A DNA stretch of 64,000 nucleotides. It comes from Chrysomallon squamiferum. Its lineage: Eukaryota; Animalia; Mollusca. The notes beneath the pieces were generated by a model. It searched no databases and was not told the origin of the DNA. It worked only from the letters and a program-made list of their open reading frames with translations. Made by a program: the position numbers and the translations under genes. The stretch is taken from the NCBI GenBank assembly GCA_012295275.1, contig CM022671.1, positions 13,206,001 through 13,270,000 of the forward strand, written 5' to 3'. Each line of letters opens with the position of its first letter. Position 1 is the stretch's first letter. Of this stretch, positions 25,016 through 40,547 are shown in pieces.

Positions 25016-28000
25016 GAGGGTTGTTTTTGGTTTACATTTATTTTGACTGATCATTTAATTATGAACTGTCAACAGTTGTTAAAGATGACATTAGCTGTGG
25101 ATTACATTATTTCTGACATTAAATCATTATGTCAAATACTATTCATGCACTGGTTTTTTATATGCAGTTGTGAACTGTTTTCGAAAGCAGGACTTCACCT
25201 ACCACCAATAACTAAATGTTAATAAGCAGTAACTTTTTTTTTTTTTCAGGTCCCTTTTGTCTATATCCCAATTTAAACAGTGTGATATCCATCAGGGATG
25301 ATGGTATTAATATCAGTTTAGTTTCTTGTGACTGTATAAATAATCTTGGCTTACATATATGCAGTATCATTTAAGGTTTCATTTGCAAGGCAGTCTTGTG
25401 GTGAAATATTAGTAGTTAGTATAACTCAAACAGTAAAAAAAAATTATCTGTAAAGTTATAATAAGCAGGGATAATAAAAACACTAAAATTGTATTTCATT
25501 TTTTCTTTTCTTTGAATTTTTAAAAACACACACACACACTGTGTTGTTGTTTTTTAAAGCTAATTTGTTCTTTCATGTTTATAACACATCAGTCTTTCAT
25601 AAGATCCTTTTGAAAAATTAAGAACCTCCAGGTAGTTTATCAAATGACAGAGAACATTAAAATATTATGTGAAATAAAAACAGCTAGCACATCAATTACT
25701 TGCAAATATTTTGTCCAGCTTCCACCTGTATAACAGTTCAGATAATCAGAAGGCAGTGGTTCTTGAAAGACATTAATACTTGATTTGGTTATTTTGTTTC
25801 TAAGGAAAATGTCTTGCAGAAATGGATATCCTTTACTAATTTTAAGCTTTTCAGCAACAAGTCTATCTGTAATGTACAACTAAATCATTTTTTTTTAATT
25901 AATAAAATTAAGTAACAATAAAAAGAAAATAGAAACATATATTTGTTAAGTTTTTATTCAACACTCTTTAACACTCTTATATTAACACTCTTAAAATTTA
26001 TAACACAGTAATAATAATATATCTATAGATAGATAAAAAGGTTCATTCAGCATTTTACAAACTTATATATATAAAATCCTTTGCAATAGCAACCTACCTG
26101 GACCTAGTTTTGGCAGTACAGTGTTCTTGTGATTATTTATTCTCTTGGCTATTACCAGAAAACAGTCCAAGTCTGATCTCAGTCTTCACCTTTAATGGCA
26201 ACACTCTGCTACAAAAGGAATCAAATCACAATTTTCACATGTGAATAGGCCTTTCTGTGATCTTATTTAGCAAGGTTAAAAAATGGTTATAATTTTTAGC
26301 ATGTTAAATTAACATGGTAGTCATTTACTTTAGGTGCAAAAAAAAAAAATAATAAAATAAATAGAAAATGTATAGTATTTTTAGATAACTTAAACAACTT
26401 TTATTTTAACCTGATTTATCATCTTCTACATGTATAATTAGCTCTGCAAAAGATTTAGTTTTGGGAAGGAAGAAAGATGAGACACAAGTAAATTTTTTTC
26501 ATCTATTCATATACGGCATAATACATATGGTTAAAGACTATACAGATAATTAGAAAGAATCATGCCCACAGGCAAAGATTTTATTTTTTTAAATTTATTT
26601 ATTAGCAGCCTGGATTCTTTTTTATATACCATCTCACATATTTTGGCCATTCATAAAACAGTTGTCTTATTTTCTGTGCCACACTGTTGTTGTTTTCACC
26701 AAGTGTTAATGGTGTTGTGTTAATACACTTCAGATAACATATTATGTTATTACATAAGCAGCTGTACATAATATTAATATCTAAACACTTATTGTTAGAT
26801 CTGAATAGTTTTTGTAACACTCTGCATTATCACATTATTTTTTAAACATACATAACTAAATATTGCAAATTATGTTATCATTTTATTTTTTTAAGTGATT
26901 TGCTCAATGTTGTATATATTTATCTTTTCCTTTGTAAAGTTAATATAACTAAGAAATTTAAACATTTTTTTCCATTTTACTTTGGGTTTTCATCTGCTAC
27001 ATAAAAGAGCTTTATTCATTCAGTGGAAATTATTAACAGGCACTGATGAATTGCACGATCTTTGTTATTTTATTACCTGGAAATGTCATGTTGGTTACAA
27101 TGGCATTAGCAGGAAATATGTGTTTATGACAGCAAGCGAGACACAGAAACCATGAAACTGTTTACACCATCATCATTCAACACAAAATATCACCATTGTT
27201 ATTCATACAAGGTAGTCCTGTAATCTCTTTTAAAGATTATCTAATAACATTAACACTTCTATTTGATGAACCACAGCCAGTTATTGTCAGAAAATGGTTA
27301 ATACAAGACATTTTGCACGTATATGTAGATATCGGCACAAAACACACAAAACATTATGACCCTATCTCCAGTGGTTCAAAAGATATATGCAAATCGGTAC
27401 AACAGATATTTGGTCTGTTTTCAGCCATATTTTGGCAAATTACTGCAAATGGCAACTTTAGCCAAAAGATTTAAAATCAACATGAGTTTTGGGACCAACT
27501 TGTTAAATGAGCTTAACTTTTTTCAGACCTGTGTTTGTATGTGTTTTTACAATAACAAACATGACAAAATCTTCAAAATGACATGTGGCAGAATGCCACT
27601 AAAAGTGACTAAAAGTGAAAACAGACACTGTGATTTCAGTTTTGATCTCATTTGAAAAATTCAACCAGTGTTATGAACAATTTGTCAAGATCTTTCAAAT
27701 GACATACTTGAACTTAACATTTGTTCCCCTGGCAAGCCCATAAAAAAATTTACCTTTTCAGTTTGAAATAAAAATGTGAGCCAGTGCACCCTTATGTTCA
27801 GTCCACAGCAACCACATATTTTTGGCACTTTAATCCCCAAAACTTTGAGAAGACAAGTTGGGATAGTTACAGCAAGAATTAATTAGAATTTAACATTTAC
27901 TTGTTGTTTATTGTTTAAAGAGCAGCTGATCTGCAGTTGCTGCAATCATTGAAAGAATTATTATTATTTTTATTATTATTATTAATTTTATTTTAATTTA

Positions 28001-31000
28001 TTTTTATAGTTTAACATATGTTTGAACTTAGATGCATTTTATTTAGTCATACTGCATTTTAAAATAGTTAAATGACACAGCGATGTCCATTTAAAAAAAT
28101 CAACAGAAAAAACTATAATGCTCTGCAATACATAAACTCTACTCCATAAAGATGTTGCAGGTGATTAAAGGCAATAAAATGTATATAATCATGAGACAAA
28201 AGGCACGTGTATGATAAGTCTGTCATTTGAAGCAGATATAAAAGAATTTTCTTAGCTTTGTACTTGCTGTGATTTGACAGCAAACAAAAGTTATGTATCA
28301 TATGACCATTGTTAAAATTTTCTCAGATGGAGCTAATCAACATGCAAAAATAATCTAAGTTTTAAAACTGAGCAATTTATAATTTCATGATATTAAAAAG
28401 TGATTAGTTTTTGTATTCAGCATTCTATCATTACCTCTGAATACATTGTACTCTTATGTAGTATATAGTTTGTTAGGTTTATGATTTTTAATTCATTGTT
28501 TATTGCAAGAATTCTGAAAACAAAACAATTGCCTGTCTTAGAACTGAAGATATGAATTGGCAAAACATGATGTAAATTTGTTTATTTCAGAATATATTCA
28601 TATTATACACAGTAAAAGTCGGAATATATAATAAAAGATGCAGCCTGCCTACAAGTTATTAAAAATATAAACAACATGTAACTGTGATCATTTTAAACAG
28701 TGCCAGTCCTTTCTTGCTGTACATAAAATAATGGCAATTTGGCAATTTAGCTCTGTAGAAAACGTAACTTATGGCGATTTTGCTAAGCACGTGCTGCTTT
28801 CACATTCTTTGTAGGTTTTATTTTCAGCCACTTTTTTTTTTTTCTTTTTTTTTTTTACTCCCATCTTTTGGCACACCATTGGCATAGACATTGTAGGACC
28901 GATGTGTGACTGATAAAACATAAGATGATGTAAAGTGTTAATCTACAGTGCAATGTTATCAGTACTTTAATTAATTATTGTTTATGAAGGAAGCTGGTCA
29001 ATAAATAATTTCAAATAATTTCAAAAACCAAAAAGTGCAGCCAACAACAACAGTTTAATCTATTTTCACAAATGTTTTACCAAGTATCTGAAAGTAATGA
29101 ATTTCACTTATAATATTAAAATCACATATGGCAGGAAGGCTGCAGGTTGCAAATAACATCATTTAAATATATGGGAAAATATAATAATGAATCATCATAA
29201 CCTAATACAATTGTGATTAGGTAATTTTCATCAGCTGATCATCTGTACCATAGCCTGCTGCCTTAAAAAACAACAACAAAACAGCATTAAATAATTCATG
29301 CTGGAAATCAGGCAAGCAGTCTAATGCAGATTACAAGATGACCACTGTTTGGAGCTGTTTGTGTCTGAAAAGGCATAAATACTGACTTTATCCTTGCCAG
29401 ATTAACATACCTCAATACTTACTGTTGTAATTTTATTTCCATCATTTTGTCAATCTTACATTAACCACTTGGATTTTCAAAGTTTACTGAGAGACTTACC
29501 TTTTTGCCTTTAAGAAAATAAAAAATATTGGATCATTAAATTACTTTTGATATAGTAAAAAAATGTCAGTGTAAATAATTTTATTATATTAAAATGTTCT
29601 TGCTATATCAATGAATTCATTTGAAATACTGTTTAACATATCTTAAATGTATTAAAGAATACATTAATTACGAATGAGATTCAATTTATTTCATTAGAAA
29701 GTACAAATATAAGTATAAAAGCAGCAACAACAATAAAAACAACAAACAAATTAAAATAACACCAACAGTATTAACAACATAAGAACATTAATAATAATAA
29801 TAATGACACTACCTACAAGTAAGGATGTACAAATTATGTTAACAGAAGTAAATAAATGAATAAATAAGAAAAAACATCACCCATTCCACTTTTATCTAAG
29901 ACAGCAAATATTTTGGGGGTTTTGGGGTGTTATTTTTTAACGTTTAAATAAAACACACAAAAAATCCACAAATGTTTTACTGAGTATCTGAAAGTAATGA
30001 ATTTCACTCATCAGTTTAAAGAATTGTTTATCATGTTTATTTTTGGAATGTGGAGTACTTGAAGAATAAATTACTGAAATCATGTCTGCCAATCTCTCTG
30101 AAGTGATATGAAATGTAGGTTGAAAAAAATTATCTCTGATTATGTACTAAACACTGTAATGTGGAAATGGGCATTTTCTGCTTGAGTAAGCAATCAAATT
30201 CCATAAAGAATAAGTCAAACCAGTTATAATAATGTAGATATTCCTATGATATCTGTGTCTTAGGCATAACCATAGTGGAAATGTTATTTTGTACTTTTGT
30301 ATAATATCTGAGCTAAATGTTATTTATTAAAATATATTCAATAACCCACACATCACTTTACTTTCTCTTGACTTCATCGTTTCAGATGGTGATAACCACT
30401 ACACATTGAAAATACATCATTTACAACTAAAATGTTTATGTTTCAGTTTTCATTTACTGTGTCTACCACCTGTTTATTAGATGCATATGACCCCATTATC
30501 TCAAATGTTTCTGTTTGTATCCGTTAAATATATTTTTCATAGGTAAATTACATCACTGCCAAAACAGTTTTGATCTTATAGGGCCTATGTGAAAAATTAT
30601 TGTTTACACTATCTTGGGGTAAAAGGATCAACATTTCTGAATTGATGTACTGTGTTAGCATGTTTTACAAGGACATCATGATTGGACACTGCTAACTGGC
30701 TCAAAAAAAAAAAAAATTAATTGTTTAAAATATAGAAATTAATTCTTGGAGAATAATAGCAAATGCGATTTACATTAGTGATTCTCTCTCTCCCCCAGAC
30801 TGCTACTGGAATATTTTTCATCTGAATTACCTTTCTTATTTTTTAATCTGTTTTAAAAAGTAAAAAAAAAAAAAAATAAAAACAAATACATCAACACATG
30901 ATTTAATCAGTATTGTTATGTGAAAAGCATATTATTACTTGCACATCCTAAACTCTTTTGCAACTTTATCAAGACATTCAAAAATAAGTAACATTATTTT

Positions 31001-32923
31001 TTTAATAAATAAGTAAAGTTTACTCATGTAGCAAAAATAATGATCATAGAATAATTTACATAAGAATAAAAGCCAATGATAATTGAAAATTAGAAAATAT
31101 TAGGTATAGAAAAAAAGAGAAAAAAGACTTCATATTTACTAATGTTATTATTCTTAACAAAGATGTATTTCAGAGTGTCAAATACATCTTTGTAAAAATA
31201 ATAAAATATATTTGGTTAACAAAATATATTTGAGCTGGAACTGTAAAATAAAGCTAGCCCAATGGGCAAGTATCAGTTGGGTAAAATATGATCACTTGGC
31301 CTGCCACAGATCTTGACCTGATAAAATTAGTGCAGACCAGGTGGCTTGTATATATTCATAACAATGTTCAACAACATTATTCTTTCTCCAGTCAGTATTT
31401 ACCACTTTCTTTTTCAGCATTATATAGTAAGATACTAAACCAATATTTTAAATCCCTGTTGGCATTTGAACTTGAGTCCCATCACATTTAGCCCAAATAT
31501 CATGACATCCTCAGAATATAAATTTAAAATGCTTGTACAGAGTGGTTTTGTATTACCTCATCAGCCTGTAATGAAGTTATCAAAGGACTGATTTTTATCT
31601 CAAAATGACAATATTCTTCATGGGTTGAACAGTGCATGAAAAAAAGAAAATGTTATCATACTGAGCCTGTCATGAAAATACATCCCATATTTTGATTACA
31701 TATCAGAACTATGATCAATGTAATACATACAACACAGCTTGCACTAACTTCTGATAAAATGCAATTAATGCAACCTGCTAATGGTTATTACTATCTCCAT
31801 TTGAAACAAATAATTTTCAAGGTTTCTCAAGAAAAGTGCTGTAAAAACAAATGTTTTCTCCTATATTTGCTAGTTTCCATCATTATTTTAACTGCAGCTG
31901 TTGTTCTGTATCCATTAACATGAGCAAAATGCTGCTGTTTACTCCTTCTGCATGCCCAAGAGAAGATGAGTAACAAGTTACAGATATTATTATTAGAAAT
32001 TTCATAATAATTTCATAGTTTTTCCAGCTAGCTTTGAACCTGACACACTGCTACAACCTCAGCTTTTCCTCTGTTTGTGACCTGCAGCTTTATGTCATAA
32101 ATATGTTATTTGTAATTAAAGTTTAAGTAAGTAATTTTGGAAACTGTTTGCCAGATCTCTTCTCTACTTACATAAAAACCTGCAGAACATAGTTAATTTA
32201 ACATTTGCATTTAAGTCTTCAATTAAGAAGAAGCTCAGCCAAAAAAAGAGAAAAATGTAAGAAGATAAAAGTAAATGTTTTGTTTATGTTGAAGTAAAAA
32301 CATATGGTTGACATTAAAACTTGTATGAGATACAAAATATGTTCTGAATGTTTGGCTTTTATTTTTTGTTACCTTACTGGTAATAAAAATAGAAACTGTC
32401 AGTTTATTATTTTTACATCAAACTAGGTTTTCATTACATCTGTTGGTCACCAGATCTGACGTTACAAACCTCCAATAAAGAAGACAGATTCTAAACTATT
32501 TTAGAGAGATATTGTTTATGAAACCCCATTTTATTTAAGACACTGATGGTCTGTCCGAGTAATATGTTCCATGGATTCTTGTATCTTGTTGGTTGTTCTG
32601 GAAAATTAATAATTAATAATATGAGTTTTGTGTTGTGTTCTTGGCAAAGTGTTCCATTCTTGCATAACATCTCCAGACACAAAGCAGATAATTAGAACAG
32701 TTTTTGGCAGCACAACAGGCCGGATCTATGGAGAATATATTCCACTGGTTAATTAAGATTCCTGACTGCAGCATGTCCATAATGCAAGACTGGACAGCAG
32801 ACGTTAGTAAGAAACTGGCTTTTATTACTGATGGCTGTTTCTGCTGGTGACAAATCTGTGTTAATAATGTTGATCAGACCCATTGGGGGACATGGGGTGT
32901 AGATGATCTGTCCAGTTGCTCGT

Positions 32924-34389
32924 GGGATGTCCCATTTGGTCAAATTCCCATTTTGTTGAAAGGCTAAATATGGTTCAGTGGTCTTATTTACATGTTCCAG
33001 ATTATATAGAAACTGATTATTATTATATAGATACAGTAATACAATATCCCACATTAACAATCTTTTTTTTTTATACAAATTATATAAATAGAAATTTAAT
33101 AGTTAATTGCTCTTAATAAATGATACAAATGGGTACAATGCATGTGTTTAATTCTGTTTTCGTTCTTCGTTTTATGTTCATTCACGAGCTTCCCTCAGCT
33201 ATGTTGATCATTTAACATGCATGTAGACACCATACGTACATGTGATGTTCGGATTCTCCTGCCTCTTCTGTTTCGATTTAGACTTAACCCTTTTGTAATT
33301 TACCTTTTCTATATGTCAATAAAAGTACACAGGCAAATGCTGATGATAAAAAGAAATGGAAGACAATAACTTTAGAAACAAAAATACGATATCTTAAATA
33401 AACACAATTCCCACAAAAATGAATCCACGATGAGCAGCATATAATTATTTCATAATGTATTTGTATACATTGATTTGTAAATGATTTACTGTTGGTTTAA
33501 TATCTATGATGTATTAAATTATTTATGTTTAAATTGCCATTTTATTTCTCCTTATTTAACATTTCTTTTTAAATCAAATTTCAATCGTGAAAAATGTAAC
33601 CACTGTTTTTAACCTTAATTCTGTGTAAATTAGTCTCCCACTTAATGGTATCTCACTTAATGATTGGAAATTTGGAACCAATCACAGTTAATCTGAGCTA
33701 TTACTATAGTATGGATATTGCTTATTGCATAAAATATGCAAATATGAAAACATGGAAATAGTCCATGTACTGAATGTAGTTGAATGTAAATAATTTAAAA
33801 AAAAGGTATTCATCTAAAAAATACAAAATCATATAAAAAAACGTGTGCCTGATGTTTCAGTAAGTTCAGTAATAAGTAATGTTATAATAACATTGTACGA
33901 ATCTAGAACTTTCTGTGATGCGTATTTAATGAAATGTGTTTTTAATTGACACTAACATTTTCTAATTTTTTTTTGTTGTTGTTTTTTTAATGGAAAGGAA
34001 ATATTGATGAATTAGAAATGACCAGATTAAATAATAATAATGTTGGTGATGATGATAATAATAATACTAAGAAGAAGAAGATCAATCTCATGACCTGCAG
34101 CATCTTTGATGTGATTGGAAAAATAAATAATCTACAAAAATAATCTACAACTTGTTCTACTTTCGGTTGATGTTACATAATTGATTTACAAAAAAATGCA
34201 CTCTGCCCTGAATGTTAGAATCAAGTGCCAACATTATGGCAGCAGAAATCCATCTATAATCAAAACTTGTATGATCATGAAGAGGCGAAGTTCATTACAT
34301 ACAGATGTAATCAGGTATTTGGGTAGATGAGTTATTTCAATGAACTGGGATTTTTACGAACTGGGAATTTGACCAGATGTGAACACACC
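32924..34389 (+). mobile_element. Older, diverged family A copy with both ends
   Basis: Starts ..TCCCATTTGGTCAAATTCCCA and ends TGGGAATTTGACCAGATGTGAACACACC. Collinear with other copies except for a replaced middle. No TSD recognised. Confidence 0.85.
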
Positions 34390-35361
34390 ATCTGAAAGTC
34401 TCATGTAACTGATATGTTTTTATTGGCTTTCCTATTCGATTATTCATTCATTTAACACAGCTGATAGTGACATTGACAGCACAGATGTAACCCTTACTGT
34501 TACAGCAACAGCTGCAACTTTAATATAATCTATATCTGAAAATGTTTTCTTCTTCCTCTTCCACGAACTAATAAATGTTTTATATACCTTTTTTATGTTT
34601 GTATTTGGATTGTAGAACAAAAGGAACCATAAAAAATACTGAAATAACAGTATTCATAAAATGAAAATCAACATTATTTAATAATGTTTAAATAGTAGAT
34701 TCATTTTACTTGAAATAATATATAAAACAAATATTTATTCAGTGATGACACAGAATATTCAATATTAAAACACATGTATATATTCAGGATCAGATATATA
34801 AGTGATCACAGATTTTACAATACATTATCAAAATGATGCTTTTATTAGTAACTAACAGACTGATCTGCTCTGGAGCAGTCCAGTTAATAAGTGAGAATAG
34901 CCCAGTATTCCACTGCCTCTTAGTGTGACTATTGACACGTATGACTGACTAATGGGCATAAACTGTAATGTATTTTTGATCATTTTGCCTCATTTCTAAA
35001 GACATATCTTTTATTCTGTATCACGTAATAATTATTTTATCCCCTTTCCAACTTTTTCATTATTAACAGCCACAGAAATGTATTTCCAGAATAAGCTGTA
35101 GATTTCTCTAACTCTATTTAAGATTAGAAATCACTGCTAATGTATATGTGACCTCTAATTATCTGTAATTAAGTCTGGTATCCATAAACATTTCAGCATA
35201 AGGGTCCATAACCTTTATGGTATCAAGACAAATTTCAAGCAAATAAAGCCTGATCAGTCTATTATTACTTCATATTTAATATCTTGTTAATTGTTAATTT
35301 TCAGATTTTGCATAATAATACAGAGTATTAAATAAACAATTTGTTAATTATTATTTTTCAG

Positions 35362-35424
35362 ATTGATTCTAATAGTATAGCTGCAAGAGATGGTCGTATT
35401 AGAGAAGGTGATCAGATATTGCAG
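35362..35424 (+). CDS. PDZRN3: PDZRN3/4-like exon, PDZ core (not in ORF track)
   Basis: atttttcag acceptor, GTAAGA donor, 63 nt, phase 0. Encodes IDSNSIAARDGRIREGDQILQ, a canonical PDZ motif continuing the previous exon in frame. Confidence 0.95.
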
Positions 35425-35946
35425 GTAAGACTGATTTTATTTGAATATCCCCATTAATAATTTTTCATATTCATTTAACCTTTCTGTTTCAATTGTAATA
35501 AAGTTATAATTTTGCTTAAGGAACAAAAAATTATTATTTAGGTGCAAAGTCTGGTAAATCTGTACATTAATCCAACAGCCACATCCATTATTTATTTATT
35601 TTTCTCATTGAAATTTGCATGGTTTCGTCTTTATAAAATTATTAATGGATCTAGTTCATATTTGTACATTGATAACCTTTTTTTTTTTTTTTTTTTTGTA
35701 ATTTATGTTTCTTAAGAAAATTTTGGGATGTTATTTATATTTTATATATTATTATTTTGTTACATTGTTACTGCAACCTTTAATTATTATAAAATAAAAC
35801 AAAAAAAGCAAGAATGAAAAGACTTAAAATGAAACAGACAAATGGATGAAAAAGTTATAGCTAAATCTTAATGAATTAGATGCATTTCCATCATCTGACA
35901 ACCTCTCACCTATTATTATTATTATTAAATATATTTATTTCTGTAG

Positions 35947-36045
35947 ATAAATGGAGTGGATGTACATAATCGTGATCAAGCTATCAAGCTGTTTTCTGCC
36001 AATTCAACAGACACCACCTTACTGGTGACACGACCACAGTTACAG
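35947..36045 (+). CDS. PDZRN3: PDZRN3/4-like exon, end of PDZ domain (not in ORF track)
   Basis: tttctgtag acceptor, GTAACA donor, 99 nt, phase 0. Encodes INGVDVHNRDQAIKLFSANSTDTTLLVTRPQLQ. Confidence 0.95.
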
Positions 36046-37330
36046 GTAACAACAGTCATACTTAATTCAAAATTTTTGTGTTAATCAAAACATGTTGCTG
36101 GTACTTATTACTCATATGCCATTACTGTTACAGGAATTTTATTTTCAATTCTTATTTATTCATATCAAAAGATAAAGACATTTAGCCCAAGACAAAATGT
36201 GTGGCTAGTTTATATTAATGTGTACTGTGGAATGAGTATAAATGATAGACAAGCATGATAAACACTGGTGGTTTTTCTTAGAAGAAATCGGACATTTTAT
36301 TTTCCATGATTCATTTATGCCACTGATACAATGTTTTAATATTTCTATATCAGTGATTGAACCCTGTCTTGTTTGTTCCTAGGACAGTGATTTTAGTGAG
36401 TTAAGGTATTACAACAGTTAAGGTATTAAAGAGCAGGCTTATGTTGGCCTGAATAGTATTGACAGATGTATGTCACTCAGAGTGTTAAACTATATATTTG
36501 TTATCTGTACAAACAAAAATAGACAGACATCATAAAAGGAAAGGCTGCTAAACATTGTGAGGTCGACAGGAAGACAGATAAATATCTAGAGAGACAGACA
36601 AAACTGGATAAACAAAAAGACATTGAAAAAACCCCATAAAATGGCTTTATTCTCTCTTTTTTCTCTCTAATACCAGCTTCTGTTTCTTTTCACCCTCTTT
36701 TTCTCACTATCCCTCCACAACTTTTTAAATACATATTTCTTATTTCAGTATTTCTTTCTTGTCTTTGTTGTCTGTCTTTGGCTTTCTCTTTCTCATAACA
36801 GTACAATTATACAGTTATAACAAGGCTAAGATGCAGACAGGGATAAAGTTATGTGGAGCTCAGAACTACAAAAAGGTCGATATGGTATGACAGTTTGGGA
36901 ACAGAGACAGGATTGAATAAGTCTAAAACAAGCCACATTTTAGCTAACCCAGAGTCTGTCTAAATGTGCAGACCAAACTGTGTCACTGTTAGTAAATATT
37001 GTTGTCAGTGTCCTGTTCAATCATTCTTCCTGTCTCTTCTTTCTGATATTTCAAAACTGGATGAAATGTTAGATCACTGCCAGATGCCAGTGTTGATAAA
37101 CATTTACAGCTGGATGTCTAGAGGTGTCTTCTTTTTTTCTTATTGTTTGCTTTTTCTTGTTTTTTCAGTAGATGCATGGTTGTTACCTTCAAACTGCATA
37201 TATTTGTGAAACAAACAAAAGTGTATATATTTATGTTAATCTAGAAATATTAGTGATTTTTTTCATTTATGTCAAATGTTCTTTTGTACTATCATTTAAC
37301 TAAGTACAGGGAGAAAGTTATTATTATTTC

Positions 37331-38575
37331 TTTCTTTCTTATTAAAATCAGCAGAAACTTTCATTACAAATGAGTGAAACTGAAGTTGAATTTAATATAA
37401 ATAACAAAACTGATCCTCAATTAATAATAAAAACAAAACTTACATTTAGAATGGTGAATATAAAATTCTTGTATTTAAACTATTCAAAAACATTAGGCCT
37501 ATTTCTACTATTGATTACAATATCAGTTACCATGGCATTATATATAAACAAAAATCCTCAAAAGAGAACTGTCTTTCAGAGTGCTTTTAGCTGCCCCTTC
37601 TATTGAGAGATACATGATACATTACCAGTTGTTATCAATGCAGGTTGAAATGAAAACGTGGAAATAGTCCATGTACTGAATGTAGTTGAATGTAAATAAT
37701 TTAAAAAAAAAGGTATTCATCTAAAAAATACAAAATCATATAAAAAAACGTGTGCCTGATGTTTCAGTAAGTTCAGTAATAAGTAATGTTATAATAACAT
37801 TGTACGAATCTAGAACTTTCTGTGATGCGTATTTAATGAAATGTGTTTTTAATTGACACTAACATTTTCTAATTTTTTTTTTGTTGTTGTTTTTTTAATG
37901 GAAAGGAAATATTGATGAATTAGAAATGACCAGATTAAATAATAATAATGTTGGTGATGATGATAATAATAATACTAAGAAGAAGAAGATCAATCTCATG
38001 ACCTGCAGCATCTTTGATGTGATTGGAAAAATAAATAATCTACAAAAATAATCTACAACTTGTTCTACTTTCGGTTGATGTTACATAATTGATTTACAAA
38101 AAAATGCACTCTGCCCTGAATGTTAGAATCAAGTGCCAACATTATGGCAGCAGAAATCCATCTATAATCAAAACTTGTATGATCATGAAGAGGCGAAGTT
38201 CATTACATACAGATGTAATCAGGTATTTGGGTAGATGAGTTATTTTTTTCTTTCTTATTAAAATCAGCAGAAACTTTCATTACAAATGAGTGAAACTGAA
38301 GTTGAATTTAATATAAATAACAAAACTGATCCTCAATTAATAATAAAAACAAAACTTACATTTAGAATGGTGAATATAAAATTCTTGTATTTAAACTATT
38401 CAAAAACATTAGGCCTATTTCTACTATTGATTACAATATCAGTTACCATGGCATTATATATAAACAAAAATCCTCAAAAGAGAACTGTCTTTCAGAGCGC
38501 TTTTAGCTGCCCCTTCTATTGAGAGATACATGATACATTACCAGTTGTTATCAATGCAGGTTGAAATGAAAACGT
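37331..38575 (+). repeat. Recent local duplication B-A'-B'
   Basis: 37331-37659 is repeated at 38247-38575 (offset 916, giving the identical 78-aa ORFs). The intervening 37650-38245 is a near-identical copy of 33744-34337. Confidence 0.95.
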
Positions 38576-38635
38576 CATTGAATATAGCTTACCTTGTGGA
38601 TATTTGCACTGAATATTACAGACAAGCTGAAAAGG

Positions 38636-40486
38636 GGCTTAGTCCCATCTGGTAGAATTCCCATTTCGTAGAAAGGCTAAATGTGGTTCAGTGGTCTTAT
38701 TGACATGCTTGGTTTTATCTCAGTCATTATAATGAACTGCTCCAGATTATTTGGAAAGTGATTATTATTGTACAAATACAGTAATATCTCGCTTAACGAT
38801 ATCCTGCTTTAACGATCTTTCTTCTTTACAAATTATATAAATAGAAATTTAATTTAATAGTTAATTGCTCGAAATAAATGATACAAATGTATGCATGTTT
38901 TTAAGTCCTTTTTCTTTAATTTTTCGTTCATTCACGAGCTTCTGTCAGCTGTGTTGATCAGCTGATCCGTCATATGTGCTTCTGATATTCTGATTCTCTT
39001 TTGTCTTCTGCTTCGATTTAGACTTAAGCTCATTTGTAATTTACCCTTCCAATATGTCAAAACGAATAACACGATACCGGCAAATGCTGATGATAAAAAG
39101 AAACGGAATTCCCATTTCTTTGAAAGGCTAAATGTGGTTCAGTGGTCTTACTGACATGCATGCCTTTACCTCAGTCATTATAATGAACTGTTCCAGATTA
39201 TTTGGAAAGCGATTATTATTGTATAAATGCAGTAATATCTGGCTTAACAATATCCTGCTTTAACGATCTTTTTTCTTTACAAATTATATAAATAGAAATT
39301 TAATAGTTAATTGCTTGAAATAAATGATACAAATGGATACAATGCAATTTTTCAAGTCCGTTTTTGTCCGTTTTCGTCCGTTTTTTGTTCATTCACGAGC
39401 TTCTCTCAGCTGTGTTGATCAGTTGACATGTCATACGTACATCTGATATTCTGATTTTCTTCTGTCTTCTGCTTCGATTTAGACTTAAACTCGTTTGTAA
39501 TTTACCCTTCCAATATCTCAAAACGAATAACAGTATACCAGCAAATGCTGATGATAAAAAGAAACGGAAGACAATAACTTTAGAAACAAAATACATTATC
39601 TTAAATGAGCGGCATATAATTATTTCTTAATGTATTTGTATAAATTGATTTGTAAATGATTTGCTGTTTACTTAATAACTACAATCTATTAAATCATTCA
39701 TGTCTAAACTGCCATTTTATTTCTTCTTATTTCACCTTTTTTTTTATGTCAGATCTCATCAGCGAGAAAGTAACCACTGCTTTTAACCTTAATTCTATGT
39801 AAATTAGTCTCCCGCTTAACGATACCTCACTTCACTATCGGAAATTTGGAACCAACTACATCTTTAATCTGAGGTATTATTGTAGTATGGATATCGCTTA
39901 TCGCATAAAGTATGCAAATATGACAAACATCAAAATAATCTATGTATCGAATATAGTGAATGTAAATAATTAAAAAGAAGGTATTCATCTAAAAGTATTC
40001 CCAATGATTTGGTCCTTTGTATAAACTTTTTCAGTCATAGCCAAAGTATTTGCGGATCATAATATCTTTAGTGTACATACTATTAATAAACTATGTCACA
40101 TATATTGTATAATATGTGCACAATCTGAATATGTATGTGTGCATAACGTAAATATGATCAGCAACAGATATCTTGTACATGTTTAAGCTGAATATGGTTG
40201 AATTCGAAAAGTTAATGATAAATGTAACGTTCAAATATTCTATTTACTTAATATAAGTAATTACTCGTATGTGAAATATGTTTTGTTAAAAATTATATTG
40301 CTGAATTAGTTATTTATAATATTTTTGTCGTATTCTCTTACAGAAGCAAGCCATTTTTTTTTCTTTCCTTCTTTTTTCGTTTTTTTTTTTTTAAAAGATA
40401 GATGAAATTGATGTAAAATTGTTTATTATTGGTTGCTTGTTTTGTAATGGAAAGGAAATGTTTATGAACTAGAAATGACCAGTTTA

Positions 40487-40547
<61 letters not shown>

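Noticed and set aside
27190-27800. Possible old non-autonomous DNA transposon (similar hints at 14600-14920 and 51640-51830)
   Set aside because: No clear TIR pair, TSD or second copy in the window to support a call.
37370-38522. Two identical 78-aa ORFs (MSETEVEFNINN..) with a hydrophobic stretch, resembling a duplicated small membrane-protein gene
   Set aside because: The identity follows from the recent 329-bp intronic duplication. AT-rich composition explains the sequence, and there is no motif or other gene evidence.
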